Virus record (IMG/VR): IMGVR_UViG_3300045971_000577
Span: 305,146-369,145 of that record
DNA length: 64,000 nucleotides
Direction: 5' to 3' (one strand)
Shown: piece after piece, positions 49,968-57,693 of the stretch
How positions within the stretch are numbered: position 1 is the first letter of the stretch
Layout: the number at the start of each line of letters is the position of its first letter
Made by a program: the position numbers and the translations under genes
The notes under the pieces: generated by a model
Told to the model about the DNA's origin: nothing
What the model saw: only the letters and a program-made list of their open reading frames with translations
Database searches by the model: none

Positions 49968-50147
49968 TTAGCCCTCGTATTCGTCACGCTGAACAATATC
50001 GAAGTAGTCGTAGCATAACACACGATGTCCGTACTTCACTTCAATCTTGCGTGAGTTTGGATCCGTAAAACCGCCGGCAGTTATCTCCACAGTTATCTTA
50101 CACAACTCAACCTCAATGATGCGTTCTATATCTGCTCTTGTCAACAT
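49968..50147 (-). CDS. Hypothetical protein (59 aa, not in the ORF track)
   Basis: MLTRADIERIIEVELCK...QRDEYEG fills the operon gap. Confidence 0.6.
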   Translation of the reverse strand: MLTRADIERIIEVELCKITVEITAGGFTDPNSRKIEVKYGHRVLCYDYFDIVQRDEYEG

Positions 50148-50180
50148 TTTGTTCTTTCTTGGCTGTTAGTTTGGTCGGTA

Positions 50181-50205
50181 TAATCGTCAGAAATTCTGAC
50201 GATTA
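50181..50205. repeat. 12-bp perfect inverted repeat
   Basis: TAATCGTCAGAA-A-TTCTGACGATTA. Confidence 0.85.
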
Positions 50206-50247
50206 AATAGATCTCTATTTATATTGTAGCGGCCAGCATGTACATAG

Positions 50248-50541
50248 TCAACCGCCAGGCACCAATCCGTTTGCAAGTCTGAATGCCAGCAGGTCCTCTT
50301 CGTATCGGAATCTAAACTCTAGTGGTGTCTTCTTATGGATACCAAAATAACACCATCTGTCATCTTTTGTACCTAACGTGTGCTTACACCAACTATAGCA
50401 TTCCCTTGCTTTCTTTATTTCAGCCTCTGTTGCCCTACCGTAACCGGTTGCTTCAGTAAATACCGGAGTATTCCACCATGTCCATGTTGAGGTAGTCGGG
50501 GCAAGTGGTGTGACAGGAAGAATATACCTATACGGCATCAT
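50248..50541 (-). CDS. FxLxF-motif array paralogue 16
   Basis: SWC...FRYEEDLLAFRLANG. Confidence 0.8.
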   Translation of the reverse strand: MMPYRYILPVTPLAPTTSTWTWWNTPVFTEATGYGRATEAEIKKARECYSWCKHTLGTKDDRWCYFGIHKKTPLEFRFRYEEDLLAFRLANGLVPGG

Positions 50542-50753
50542 ACGCCGTTAGCCAACCTAAATATAGTTGCATCCTGTGCGGTAGCAAATAGGAATATCCA
50601 GTTCGATGTGTCGTCATGCTTCCACAGATGTCCGTATGAACTTAGATTACATTCACACCAAGAACGAAGTTGACGTAACAATTCGTTCTGTTGTTTATAT
50701 TGTCGATCGGTAAGATTCGTGTTGATATGAACTATATGCCAGGGCGAAATCAT
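50538..50753 (-). CDS. Array paralogue 15
   Basis: SWC...FATAQDATIFRLANGV. Confidence 0.8.
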   Translation of the reverse strand: MISPWHIVHINTNLTDRQYKQQNELLRQLRSWCECNLSSYGHLWKHDDTSNWIFLFATAQDATIFRLANGV

Positions 50754-50971
50754 ACGTTATAAGTTAGTTTGAAGGCCAATGCAGATTCCTGTTCTGAAAT
50801 GATTAGAGCTGTCGGGTAATAGTGGCCTATATCGTCCCATGTGAACCTATGGTCTACTTCATTCATAAACAGCCATGCTCTCATTGCTGCATATCGTTCA
50901 TAGATGGCACGGTTAGTGGTGTTACCCGTGAGTTCAAATACTTTGTGTAATGAAATACATTCTTCGTTCAT
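50750..50971 (-). CDS. Array paralogue 14
   Basis: AWL...EQESALAFKLTYNV. Confidence 0.8.
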   Translation of the reverse strand: MNEECISLHKVFELTGNTTNRAIYERYAAMRAWLFMNEVDHRFTWDDIGHYYPTALIISEQESALAFKLTYNV

Positions 50972-51183
50972 AATCCAAATCTCAATTTAAACATTAGTGC
51001 ATCTTCATTTCGCATATTTATTCCAGTTGCCCATGGAGCCCATTGCGGATACTTCACAAACGAATATTTAATATTTTGTTCTTTCAGCCAAGCTTCATAC
51101 ACCTTCAGCTCTGCTATGTGCGCCTTTACACGCAACATAATAGGATATGGAAATTGGATAGTAATATTATCGGGCCTAATCAT
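50968..51183 (-). CDS. Array paralogue 13
   Basis: Likely start MIRPD; AWL...NEDALMFKLRFGL. Confidence 0.75.
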   Translation of the reverse strand: MIRPDNITIQFPYPIMLRVKAHIAELKVYEAWLKEQNIKYSFVKYPQWAPWATGINMRNEDALMFKLRFGL

Positions 51184-51406
51184 ACTGATATCCTTGTTGG
51201 CATATATCGCCAAAGGCAAGTCTGAACGCAAGTAGGTCTTCTTCGCTATATATTTTCACCAATGCAAGATATGTTTCGCCGTTGATCCATGATACTCCGC
51301 CCTGCGGATCGAGCCAGGCCCTGCCATTGGTTCTAATCCATTCTATCATTTGCTGATATAGCTTAGGATGATTCCAACAACCTACTAGACGTTGATTTAT
51401 TATCAT
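51176..51406 (-). CDS. Array paralogue 12
   Basis: EWI...SEEDLLAFRLAFG. Confidence 0.8.
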   Translation of the reverse strand: MIINQRLVGCWNHPKLYQQMIEWIRTNGRAWLDPQGGVSWINGETYLALVKIYSEEDLLAFRLAFGDICQQGYQYD

Positions 51407-51639
51407 ATGTTGAACTTTAGTTTGAATGCAATAGCATCCTGATCTTCAAGGAATACACCGACCCGCCTTCCGTCACGTATACCCCATTCTATGTCTGTGC
51501 CAACCGTAGAAAATAGCCATTCCTGTACCTCATACGGAATACCCGAATATGATTGTATGTCCGGGAATGCTACATATATCTTCTGCGGGTTAATTTCAAA
51601 GATATTAAACATCCCTAATCTTGTATCTCTGTATATCAT
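51403..51639 (-). CDS. Array paralogue 11
   Basis: EWL...EDQDAIAFKLKFNI. Confidence 0.8.
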   Translation of the reverse strand: MIYRDTRLGMFNIFEINPQKIYVAFPDIQSYSGIPYEVQEWLFSTVGTDIEWGIRDGRRVGVFLEDQDAIAFKLKFNI

Positions 51640-51863
51640 ACACCGGCCTTTATCCTAAATACAACAATAGATTCCGGATCCGGAAAGATAACCGTTCCAA
51701 TAATGCTGTATATCTCGCCGCCCAACTCCTTTATTATACACCGTTGGGCCGCAGACATTCTTAAATGAATCCATATACTATCGGACAGTGGATAATTAAC
51801 TGTGGCAGGGTTACCGACACAAAGCCTCCACATCTCATTTACTTCAACAAAGTCTGAACTCAT
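51636..51863 (-). CDS. Array paralogue 10 (divergent)
   Basis: FPDPESIVVFRIKAGV. Confidence 0.7.
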   Translation of the reverse strand: MSSDFVEVNEMWRLCVGNPATVNYPLSDSIWIHLRMSAAQRCIIKELGGEIYSIIGTVIFPDPESIVVFRIKAGV

Positions 51864-52063
51864 AAATCAAACGTCAATCTAAAAGCAAGTGCATCAGTGT
51901 CGTGGAAGAAAATAATAGCGACCGGAACTTCATCTTCGTATATCCAACGCCAAGGTGACTTACTTTCTTTTGAATATACATTTTCAATCAGCCACGGCGA
52001 ATACATGTAGTATGCATTATTATATTTTTCATCGAAGAGGATATTTAATTTTACTCGTACCAT
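51860..52063 (-). CDS. Array paralogue 9
   Basis: PWL...FFHDTDALAFRLTFDL. Confidence 0.8.
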   Translation of the reverse strand: MVRVKLNILFDEKYNNAYYMYSPWLIENVYSKESKSPWRWIYEDEVPVAIIFFHDTDALAFRLTFDL

Positions 52064-52107
52064 TAGCGTTGCATTATAGTCTTACAAATTATATACTGAA
52101 CGTTAGC

Positions 52108-52341
52108 TTAAAAGCTAACAATTTCAAATACCGGTTGATAGTACGGTCCGAGATATTTTCCACCAAACTTCAATATGAACGCCGCAGCATCGGGTTCATC
52201 ACGGAATGCATACACCAACATATTATTTAATGCATTTAATGGAACTGCTTGATAATAGGCACGAAAGCAGTTGTCCGTCATCCACCTAGCATGGCTACCA
52301 GAAAATTCAACCTTAACATGATGTTCGAATAGTCTTGTCAT
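52108..52341 (-). CDS. Array paralogue 8
   Basis: RWM...FRDEPDAAAFILKFGG. Confidence 0.8.
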   Translation of the reverse strand: MTRLFEHHVKVEFSGSHARWMTDNCFRAYYQAVPLNALNNMLVYAFRDEPDAAAFILKFGGKYLGPYYQPVFEIVSF

Positions 52342-52517
52342 CCAAACCTTAACTTATATAGTACGCAATGTTCTTCTTCCATAAACCAAACTAAGCCAAA
52401 GGAGAACTCAATAGGAATGTTGTTGTCCATTGCCCATTCTAGAATTTCGACGCTGGTCAGGTTCGTTATCGCCCCGAGGGGCGCCGAAGCCACAAATTTT
52501 GACAGATCCTGTATCAC
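52338..52517 (-). CDS. Array paralogue 7 (59 aa, GTG start, not in the ORF track)
   Basis: MIQDLSKF...EWAMDNNI...FMEEEHCVLYKLRFG; 4-bp overlaps at both ends. Confidence 0.75.
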   Translation of the reverse strand: MIQDLSKFVASAPLGAITNLTSVEILEWAMDNNIPIEFSFGLVWFMEEEHCVLYKLRFG

Positions 52518-52774
52518 ACATTAAACCTTAACTTAAAGGCTAAGGCATCCTCAGAGAATCGAAACATATACACAACCATATTCTTATCTGGGAAGTTATT
52601 TACTATGTACCAATTATACTTGCAATGTTCGTTCAGCCATTCGTGGAGCTCGTCTCTGGTGCTTGCGACTAGGTAACGCTTCGTAGTAACCATATAGTTA
52701 AACGTTTCGAGTAAATGTATCGATTCGCTTACAGAATGTACTTCTACCTTGTCATAAGGTTTTGGATTACTCAT
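52514..52774 (-). CDS. Array paralogue 6
   Basis: EWL...FRFSEDALAFKLRFNV. Confidence 0.8.
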   Translation of the reverse strand: MSNPKPYDKVEVHSVSESIHLLETFNYMVTTKRYLVASTRDELHEWLNEHCKYNWYIVNNFPDKNMVVYMFRFSEDALAFKLRFNV

Positions 52775-52974
52775 AATCCAAACCTAAGCTTTATCATAGT
52801 AGCATATTCGGGATTGGTAAAGACGTAGCTTCCACCATGTTGGTCCCATCCGTTCGCCAATGCCGGCGCGCCGAAAGTTCTCCAACAGTAGATATAGAAC
52901 TCCATTTCTACATCCTGCGGAGACACATAGATCTCCCACCGCTTCCTATCTTCCCTATAAGTCAAAGGTCTCAT
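52771..52974 (-). CDS. Array paralogue 5
   Basis: FTNPEYATMIKLRFGL. Confidence 0.8.
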   Translation of the reverse strand: MRPLTYREDRKRWEIYVSPQDVEMEFYIYCWRTFGAPALANGWDQHGGSYVFTNPEYATMIKLRFGL

Positions 52975-53162
52975 ACACCAAACTTCAACTTAAAGGCAGT
53001 AATGTTTTCTGGGTTGTTATAGAAGAATAGTTCCCACACCCCAGTCCTCGGGCCACTCAGTTCCCAGTTATAATCTATGCCCTGTGTTAGATTTTCATCC
53101 AGCCATCTCAACATAGCATTAGGCGCATAGCCTACAGCAGAATATATAGGACCGTATATCAT
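52971..53162 (-). CDS. Array paralogue 4
   Basis: RWL...NPENITAFKLKFGV. Confidence 0.8.
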   Translation of the reverse strand: MIYGPIYSAVGYAPNAMLRWLDENLTQGIDYNWELSGPRTGVWELFFYNNPENITAFKLKFGV

Positions 53163-53377
53163 ACACCAAACTTCAGCTTAAAGGCAACCAAATCTTCCTT
53201 GCTATGCAAGTATACGTTTAGAATTTCGACATGCATCTCTACCTGCCACTCCATACTAACAGAAGTAGAAGATTCTTCAATCCACCTTCTAATGCCATTG
53301 TGTAGTTGCCAAAGGTCACGCTTAATCACGCCACCGACGTATTCCCTATCAGCCACAGGATAACGATACATTGTCAT
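53159..53377 (-). CDS. Array paralogue 3
   Basis: RWI...SKEDLVAFKLKFGV. Confidence 0.8.
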   Translation of the reverse strand: MTMYRYPVADREYVGGVIKRDLWQLHNGIRRWIEESSTSVSMEWQVEMHVEILNVYLHSKEDLVAFKLKFGV

Positions 53378-53392
53378 ATGAGTTCTTTCATA

Positions 53393-53662
53393 CTAGACAT
53401 TAAAAGTCAACTTGAATGCAACAAGGTCTTGATCGTCTTCAAAGTATACAGTCATACCTTCAAATGAGTATCTATCATTTAGTGGATCACTTATGCGTAA
53501 CTTCATTCTAATCTTGTTCTTGAGTGCCCATGCTTCTACTTCATACTTGAAAATCCTTACGCTGATATCTTTACTGTTAGATATAGTATAGGTATGATTG
53601 GGCTTGAACCCGTTATTGAATAGTGCCATTGTAGGCTTTGAACGTGTAGCTGAGTTATTCAT
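53393..53662 (-). CDS. Array paralogue 2
   Basis: TAATG-coupled start; AWA...FEDDQDLVAFKLTFNV. Confidence 0.75.
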   Translation of the reverse strand: MNNSATRSKPTMALFNNGFKPNHTYTISNSKDISVRIFKYEVEAWALKNKIRMKLRISDPLNDRYSFEGMTVYFEDDQDLVAFKLTFNV

Positions 53663-53931
53663 TATGTGTGTATTCCCCAAATCAGCCGGAACATTAGCAT
53701 ATCCTCTTCAGTAGCAAAGTATATACGCATAGAATAATATATATTAAACTTTCCGATCAGTATAGGAAATACTTCTGGTGCTGTAGACCAATAATGTTTA
53801 GATTTGGTTTCGCAAAGCCGTTGCATCATTTTCAATACCAGATCTCGAATATCAGATCCGGAAAGTTTTTTCACAATGATGAGATTGTGCAGATAATCAA
53901 CCTGATGTAGATAGGTGGTCTGGTCGTGCAT
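53662..53931 (-). CDS. Array paralogue 1
   Basis: Likely start MHDQT; FATEEDMLMFRLIWG. Confidence 0.75.
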   Translation of the reverse strand: MHDQTTYLHQVDYLHNLIIVKKLSGSDIRDLVLKMMQRLCETKSKHYWSTAPEVFPILIGKFNIYYSMRIYFATEEDMLMFRLIWGIHT

Positions 53932-54103
53932 TATGCGACTATAATACAAGATCAACTTGGTCAGATCAAGAGGGACCTATACAGTTTTGGTAAAAAATGG
54001 TTGCGCGGCTTGCCACCCTCGTCAAAATGTTACATCTCTTACAAATCTGTGTGCTGACTGGGATTTTTACGAACTGTTACAACTGTTGCATTTGTTACGT
54101 TTC

Positions 54104-54331
54104 TTACACCTTTACTGGTGCCTCGCCGTTGACTATCCATTGATCAACTGACGCCACGAGGCTAAGCGTTCGCCCACTGTCCCACTGCACAGCCACGTGC
54201 CACTGTCCCAGCACATGCCGTACGTCCAGCACCGTACCCGTTGACCATGGTGGTACGGGGTGGGGGTCGGGACCCATGCCAAGCAGGGTAATGCGTTGAC
54301 CTACGCGGGCGGGTGGAGTAAGCTGCATCAT
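54104..54331 (-). CDS. DUF4314-like protein
   Basis: GQRITLLGMGPDPHPVPPWSTGTV..V.WDSGRTLSL...D; ATG 6 nt after the -10 element. Confidence 0.7.
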   Translation of the reverse strand: MMQLTPPARVGQRITLLGMGPDPHPVPPWSTGTVLDVRHVLGQWHVAVQWDSGRTLSLVASVDQWIVNGEAPVKV

Positions 54332-54337
54332 GTGTAT

Positions 54338-54380
54338 ACTATAGCGCACACCACCCTACACGTCAATCACTGTTACATAT
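54338..54380 (-). promoter_or_regulatory. Early cassette promoter with upstream box
   Basis: ATATGTAACA-4-TTGACG-17-TATAGT. Confidence 0.75.
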
Positions 54381-54390
54381 GCTTACACCT

Positions 54391-54426
54391 GTAAGCACCT
54401 GTAAGCAAACGTAAGCAGATGTAACA
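54391..54426 (+). repeat. Four 10-bp-phased GTAA(G/C) repeats
   Basis: GTAAG at 54391, 54401, 54411; GTAAC at 54421. Confidence 0.8.
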
Positions 54427-54493
54427 ACGGTAAAGGTCTCGCACTGTGCCCGTCATACCTTGGTGACGCTATGAGGCAACGGTGAGCAAACGA

Positions 54494-54514
54494 AAGGGGC
54501 GTTCGCCGCCCCTT
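54494..54514 (-). terminator. Terminator hairpin
   Basis: AAGGGGCG-TTCGC-CGCCCCTT downstream of 54534. Confidence 0.7.
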
Positions 54515-54533
54515 GTCTGTACCCGCGCTGGTC

Positions 54534-54737
54534 TTACTTGATGCTGACGAGGACACCGTCCTTCAGCGTGCCCGTGGCGTACCACTTATGGGGTTGCGGG
54601 TAGTGCGGGCCTTCCAGGGACACCTCGCCGTCTTTGGGGCAGGGGAACGGTCCCGGGCTGTGGCAACGGACTTGCTTGCCATCAGCAATGGCACGCTTCA
54701 CTTCGGCCTTGCTCTTGAAGTTGGTATCGGTGTACAT
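54534..54737 (-). CDS. Small hypothetical protein
   Basis: Own promoter and AAGGA RBS. Confidence 0.75.
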   Translation of the reverse strand: MYTDTNFKSKAEVKRAIADGKQVRCHSPGPFPCPKDGEVSLEGPHYPQPHKWYATGTLKDGVLVSIK

Positions 54738-54744
54738 GGTGCAT

Positions 54745-54806
54745 TCCTTGTTGCGATGTATGTATTATGCAGCGTGGTGCGCTTGCTGTCAACCACTGTT
54801 ACATCT
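54745..54806 (-). promoter_or_regulatory. Early cassette promoter with box and leader
   Basis: AGATGTAACA-4-TTGACA-17-CATAAT-ACATACATCGCAACAAGGA. Confidence 0.85.
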
Positions 54807-54808
54807 TA

Positions 54809-54928
54809 TTACAGCTCGTGCCCGCCACACCAGACCAACCACCAAGTGCGGAAGTCCTCACACCCTGTCAGCGCTCCCTCCCGCATGTACGAGGCGTAGA
54901 AAGCTGGGCTTGCTTGGTGGATACTCAC
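54809..54928 (-). CDS. Small hypothetical protein (39 aa, GTG start)
   Basis: GTGA-coupled to the upstream gene; ends right at the next box. Confidence 0.5.
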   Translation of the reverse strand: MSIHQASPAFYASYMREGALTGCEDFRTWWLVWCGGHEL

Positions 54929-55140
54929 ATATCCCCGGGCAGGTAGTTGCAGCGGTTGCGGTAGCACTTGCCGTCCCACTCCGCCACGCTGATCGTATAG
55001 CCGATGCTGAGGAAGAACATCGCTTCGCCCATTGCCGCTGCTTGCCCAATCTCCATGCTGCGGTCTGGGTAGGCTGCGTCGTAGCTGACCGGGTCCCGGA
55101 TGCTGATGCGGGGCTGGGTCACATCGTATGTGGTGCGCAT
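54925..55140 (-). CDS. Small hypothetical protein
   Basis: Start MRTTYDV after AAGGAG. Confidence 0.7.
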   Translation of the reverse strand: MRTTYDVTQPRISIRDPVSYDAAYPDRSMEIGQAAAMGEAMFFLSIGYTISVAEWDGKCYRNRCNYLPGDM

Positions 55141-55147
55141 GATTGCT

Positions 55148-55211
55148 GCTCCTTGTTGCGATGTTGTTACTATAATGCAACGAACAGGGGTTGTCAACCC
55201 CTGTTACATCT
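55148..55211 (-). promoter_or_regulatory. Early cassette promoter with box and leader
   Basis: AGATGTAACA-4-TTGACA-17-TATAGT-AACAACATCGCAACAAGGAG. Confidence 0.85.
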
Positions 55212-55225
55212 GTCTCGCGTGCTGC

Positions 55226-55513
55226 TCAGCAGACCTTGGCGAAGTAATGCACGACCACAGTGTGCATCGTCTGGGTCTGCCCGTCGGCGTACACGGTGCC
55301 GGGTTGCACTTCACATTCCGCGTCGGGTGAGGCGCACAAATTACGTTCCAGCCGTTGCTTGATTCCCACGGCGCGGTAGGCGTTGTGCTGCTGCGGTGAC
55401 ATGCAACGGAACACAGTCGCGCCGCTTTCCTTCGTGACCAGCACGGCCACATCCGAGGCCTTGATTCCTTCCATCTTGTACGCGAGCAGGATGATTTGGA
55501 TGACGACTTGCAT
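55226..55513 (-). CDS. Small hypothetical protein
   Basis: AAAGGA RBS, own promoter. Confidence 0.7.
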   Translation of the reverse strand: MQVVIQIILLAYKMEGIKASDVAVLVTKESGATVFRCMSPQQHNAYRAVGIKQRLERNLCASPDAECEVQPGTVYADGQTQTMHTVVVHYFAKVC

Positions 55514-55552
55514 GTTGTTTCCTTTGTGTTGCTGCGTTGTTGCAGTGTTTAA

Positions 55553-55595
55553 ACTATAACGCAGGTTGAATGCTTATGCAAGCACTGTTACATTT
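55553..55595 (-). promoter_or_regulatory. Early cassette promoter with box
   Basis: AAATGTAACA-4-TTGCAT-17-TATAGT. Confidence 0.75.
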
Positions 55596-55619
55596 ACTTA
55601 CAAGCTGCCGGCCGGCATA

Positions 55620-56126
55620 AGCCTCGAGGTTAAGGTTAAAGACCTTAGCCCAGTGTCTAGCCCTAGTAGAGGCTTTTGCAACTTAGACTAATTTTTAGAT
55701 CGCAGCTTTAAGTCTGCTGCCGGCGAGCCTCGTGTATGCTCAAGGTCAACCGCGGTTACGTTATGAGGCTTATCGCAATAAGTCTTAGATTCTTGTTGAC
55801 CTGCCCGGACTTTTGCGATAAAATGACATTTATTGCTTGCGCAGAATGACCTACGGCTCTACACGAAAAATAGCCTCACAATGCAAAAGGCAACTACAAG
55901 TGGTCTATAGATCAACGTGTGAGGCTTTGCTGCAAAGCCCTAGATTCTTAGATCAGTTGTCTGTAAGCCTCACAGACGCGTTTTAAGATCACAAGCGGTC
56001 GCTTGCTCAGCTCTTGAGGCTTTGCGGGCAGAGCTCTGTCTGTGTGGTCAAGTGCGAGCAAACCCCTGTAAGCCTCACTTGTGGCCCAGTTACTGGGCAA
56101 AGACCTAATCTTTAGTTAGCGAGGCA
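55620..56126. repeat. Array of five AGCCTC...GAGGC(T/A) inverted pairs
   Basis: AGCCTC at 55620, 55726, 55872, 55966, 56071; GAGGC at 55669, 55765, 55921, 56016, 56121. Confidence 0.8.
55796..55824 (+). promoter_or_regulatory. Sigma70 promoter facing non-coding DNA
   Basis: TTGACC-17-TAAAAT. Confidence 0.55.
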
Positions 56127-56164
56127 GCGGTGGTCAAACGACTGGGCACCCGTAAGTGCCCAGT
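55831..56164 (+). ncRNA. Candidate ~330-nt structured ncRNA
   Basis: Promoter at 55796, no ORF of 60 aa or more, three repeated stems, closing hairpin ACTGGGCAC-6-GTGCCCAGT (56141-56164). Confidence 0.35.
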
Positions 56165-56205
56165 GCTCAAAAGAACCGCTTGTAGGGGCGTTTAGCCCCC
56201 TTGCC

Positions 56206-56433
56206 CTACCAGGGCTCGCACATATTGGGAAACGTGTTCGTCTCCTCCAGCACCGTCAACGCCCGCGCCGCTGCTGCGTAGGCCTCGTCTTCCGTGTCCC
56301 AGATCGGCGCGCTGGCGCAGTTGTTGGCGAGGTATTCCTGGCCCGGGTCGCCAGCAAATGTGGAGAAGCACGAACGCCACTTGCCGTTGGCTGCCTGTTC
56401 GGGCGCGCTGACTTCGGTGCGGATCTTGATCAT
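56206..56433 (-). CDS. Small hypothetical protein
   Basis: AAGGAG RBS, own promoter. Confidence 0.75.
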   Translation of the reverse strand: MIKIRTEVSAPEQAANGKWRSCFSTFAGDPGQEYLANNCASAPIWDTEDEAYAAAARALTVLEETNTFPNMCEPW

Positions 56434-56438
56434 GCTGT

Positions 56439-56502
56439 GCTCCTTGTTGCGATGTTGTTACTATAACGGAGTTGGGAGGCTCCGTCAAGCACTGTTACAT
56501 CT
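56439..56502 (-). promoter_or_regulatory. Early cassette promoter with box and leader
   Basis: AGATGTAACA-4-TTGACG-17-TATAGT-AACAACATCGCAACAAGGAG. Confidence 0.85.
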
Positions 56503-56701
56503 ATTTCTTCACAGCGTCAGCAACGGCTTCGTAGGAGTCAGTCGCCACCTCGATGGTCTTGTCCGTCGCCACCGAGATCGCCTTCGAGGCTTTCTTCACC
56601 TCGGACTGGTTGTCCTTGTAGAGGATGATGCCTTGGCCCGCCAGCAGCAGGGCAACGATGCTGGCGATGGCGCCCACAAACACATTCTTGAACGTCTTCA
56701 T
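56501..56701 (-). CDS. Small single-TM protein
   Basis: N-terminal hydrophobic helix; its stop overlaps the next box. Confidence 0.75.
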   Translation of the reverse strand: MKTFKNVFVGAIASIVALLLAGQGIILYKDNQSEVKKASKAISVATDKTIEVATDSYEAVADAVKK

Positions 56702-56728
56702 CTGTATTCCTTAAGTTGCAATGTCACA

Positions 56729-56771
56729 ATAATAGCTGCATACGGGCCGTCTGTCAACCCTTATTACATCT
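56729..56771 (-). promoter_or_regulatory. Early cassette promoter with box
   Basis: AGATGTAATA-4-TTGACA-17-TATTAT. Confidence 0.8.
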
Positions 56772-56943
56772 GCTTACACCACTTCTCTTCCTCGCACAAC
56801 AGCTCGTCGTCAGTGGCGTCGTCATTGAGGTAACGCTCACCGTCTTCAAAATCGCCTTCCTCACCGTCAGCTTCGTACTGTTCACGCATTGCGTGGATGA
56901 TGCGCTCGGCCTTCAAGGCGCGCTCTTGCCTGGTGAGTGCCAT
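56764..56943 (-). CDS. Small acidic hypothetical protein
   Basis: Start MALTRQE after AAGGAG. Confidence 0.75.
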   Translation of the reverse strand: MALTRQERALKAERIIHAMREQYEADGEEGDFEDGERYLNDDATDDELLCEEEKWCKQM

Positions 56944-56949
56944 TGTTGG

Positions 56950-57013
56950 CTCCTTGCTGTTGATGTATGTATTATGCAGGCTGGAACAGGGGCTGTCAAC
57001 CCCTGTTACATCT
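56950..57013 (-). promoter_or_regulatory. Early cassette promoter with box and leader
   Basis: AGATGTAACA-4-TTGACA-17-CATAAT-ACATACATCAACAGCAAGGAG. Confidence 0.85.
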
Positions 57014-57116
57014 TTCCAGTGACACGCTTCCACAGCTGGTGGAAGAAGCGCCTCACGCGGTTCTGCATCAGCTCGGCTGCGATTTCGAGGCGAAACTTCA
57101 TGTAGTCAGTGTTCAT
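57006..57116 (-). CDS. Small hypothetical protein (36 aa)
   Basis: MNTDYMKF starts 1 nt after the upstream stop; its own stop lies inside the box. Confidence 0.5.
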   Translation of the reverse strand: MNTDYMKFRLEIAAELMQNRVRRFFHQLWKRVTGKM

Positions 57117-57117
57117 G

Positions 57118-57315
57118 TTAGGCCTGCTGGATGTGTTGCGCGACGATGCGGGCGGCGCAGTCCTCGCCCTGGGCCATGTCGATCGCGCCCTGCTCCACGA
57201 GGTTGTAGCACAAGTCGCCGCCGTCGTAGAAGCCGTACTGCTCCTCCACAATCTTGTCGACCTTCTCCGAGAAGTCGTGCATGACTGCGTGCTGTGCCAT
57301 TGTGGTGCGGGGCAT
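57118..57315 (-). CDS. Small hypothetical protein
   Basis: AAGGAG RBS, own promoter. Confidence 0.75.
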   Translation of the reverse strand: MPRTTMAQHAVMHDFSEKVDKIVEEQYGFYDGGDLCYNLVEQGAIDMAQGEDCAARIVAQHIQQA

Positions 57316-57321
57316 GCTGTG

Positions 57322-57370
57322 CTCCTTGTTGCGATGTATGTATTATGCGCGTAGAAGCAGCAGTTGTCAA
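57322..57370 (-). promoter_or_regulatory. Early cassette promoter with leader (no box)
   Basis: TTGACA-17-CATAAT-ACATACATCGCAACAAGGAG. Confidence 0.85.
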
Positions 57371-57612
57371 CCGTAAATCTTCAAGGCCTCATCCATGACG
57401 ATCGTCTCCACACCGCCATCCAGAGGCATCAGGTGGTGCTGCTGGAACAGGACTTCCACGCCGGCGGCCAGCAGCACAGCGGGCATGAGCTTGTACAGAG
57501 GCTGCTGGCCGTTATCCATTTCGCACATCAGGATGTGAGCAACGGTGCGGCACGACCCCACTGGGCAACGGGCGTCACCCAGAATCATTACACGTTGTCC
57601 TATTGCGAGCAT
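57367..57612 (-). CDS. Small hypothetical protein
   Basis: Start MLAIGQR after AAGGAG. Confidence 0.7.
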   Translation of the reverse strand: MLAIGQRVMILGDARCPVGSCRTVAHILMCEMDNGQQPLYKLMPAVLLAAGVEVLFQQHHLMPLDGGVETIVMDEALKIYG

Positions 57613-57617
57613 GTTTG

Positions 57618-57680
57618 CTCCTTGCTGCGATGTGTGTACTTTATTATATAGTGGCTCCAGTGTCAAGCACTGTTACATCT
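57618..57680 (-). promoter_or_regulatory. Early cassette promoter with box and leader
   Basis: AGATGTAACA-4-TTGACA-17-TAAAGT-ACACACATCGCAGCAAGGAG. Confidence 0.8.
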
Positions 57681-57693
57681 GCTTACGCCTGCA

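Noticed and set aside
50248-53931. Diversity-generating retroelement or DNA-repeat array behind the paralogues
   Set aside because: No reverse transcriptase and no template/variable repeat pair differing at adenines; the similarity is at protein level
55620-56126. GAGGC pentamers as polyomavirus-type origin sites
   Set aside because: A coincidental 5-mer match with no relevance to a bacteriophage
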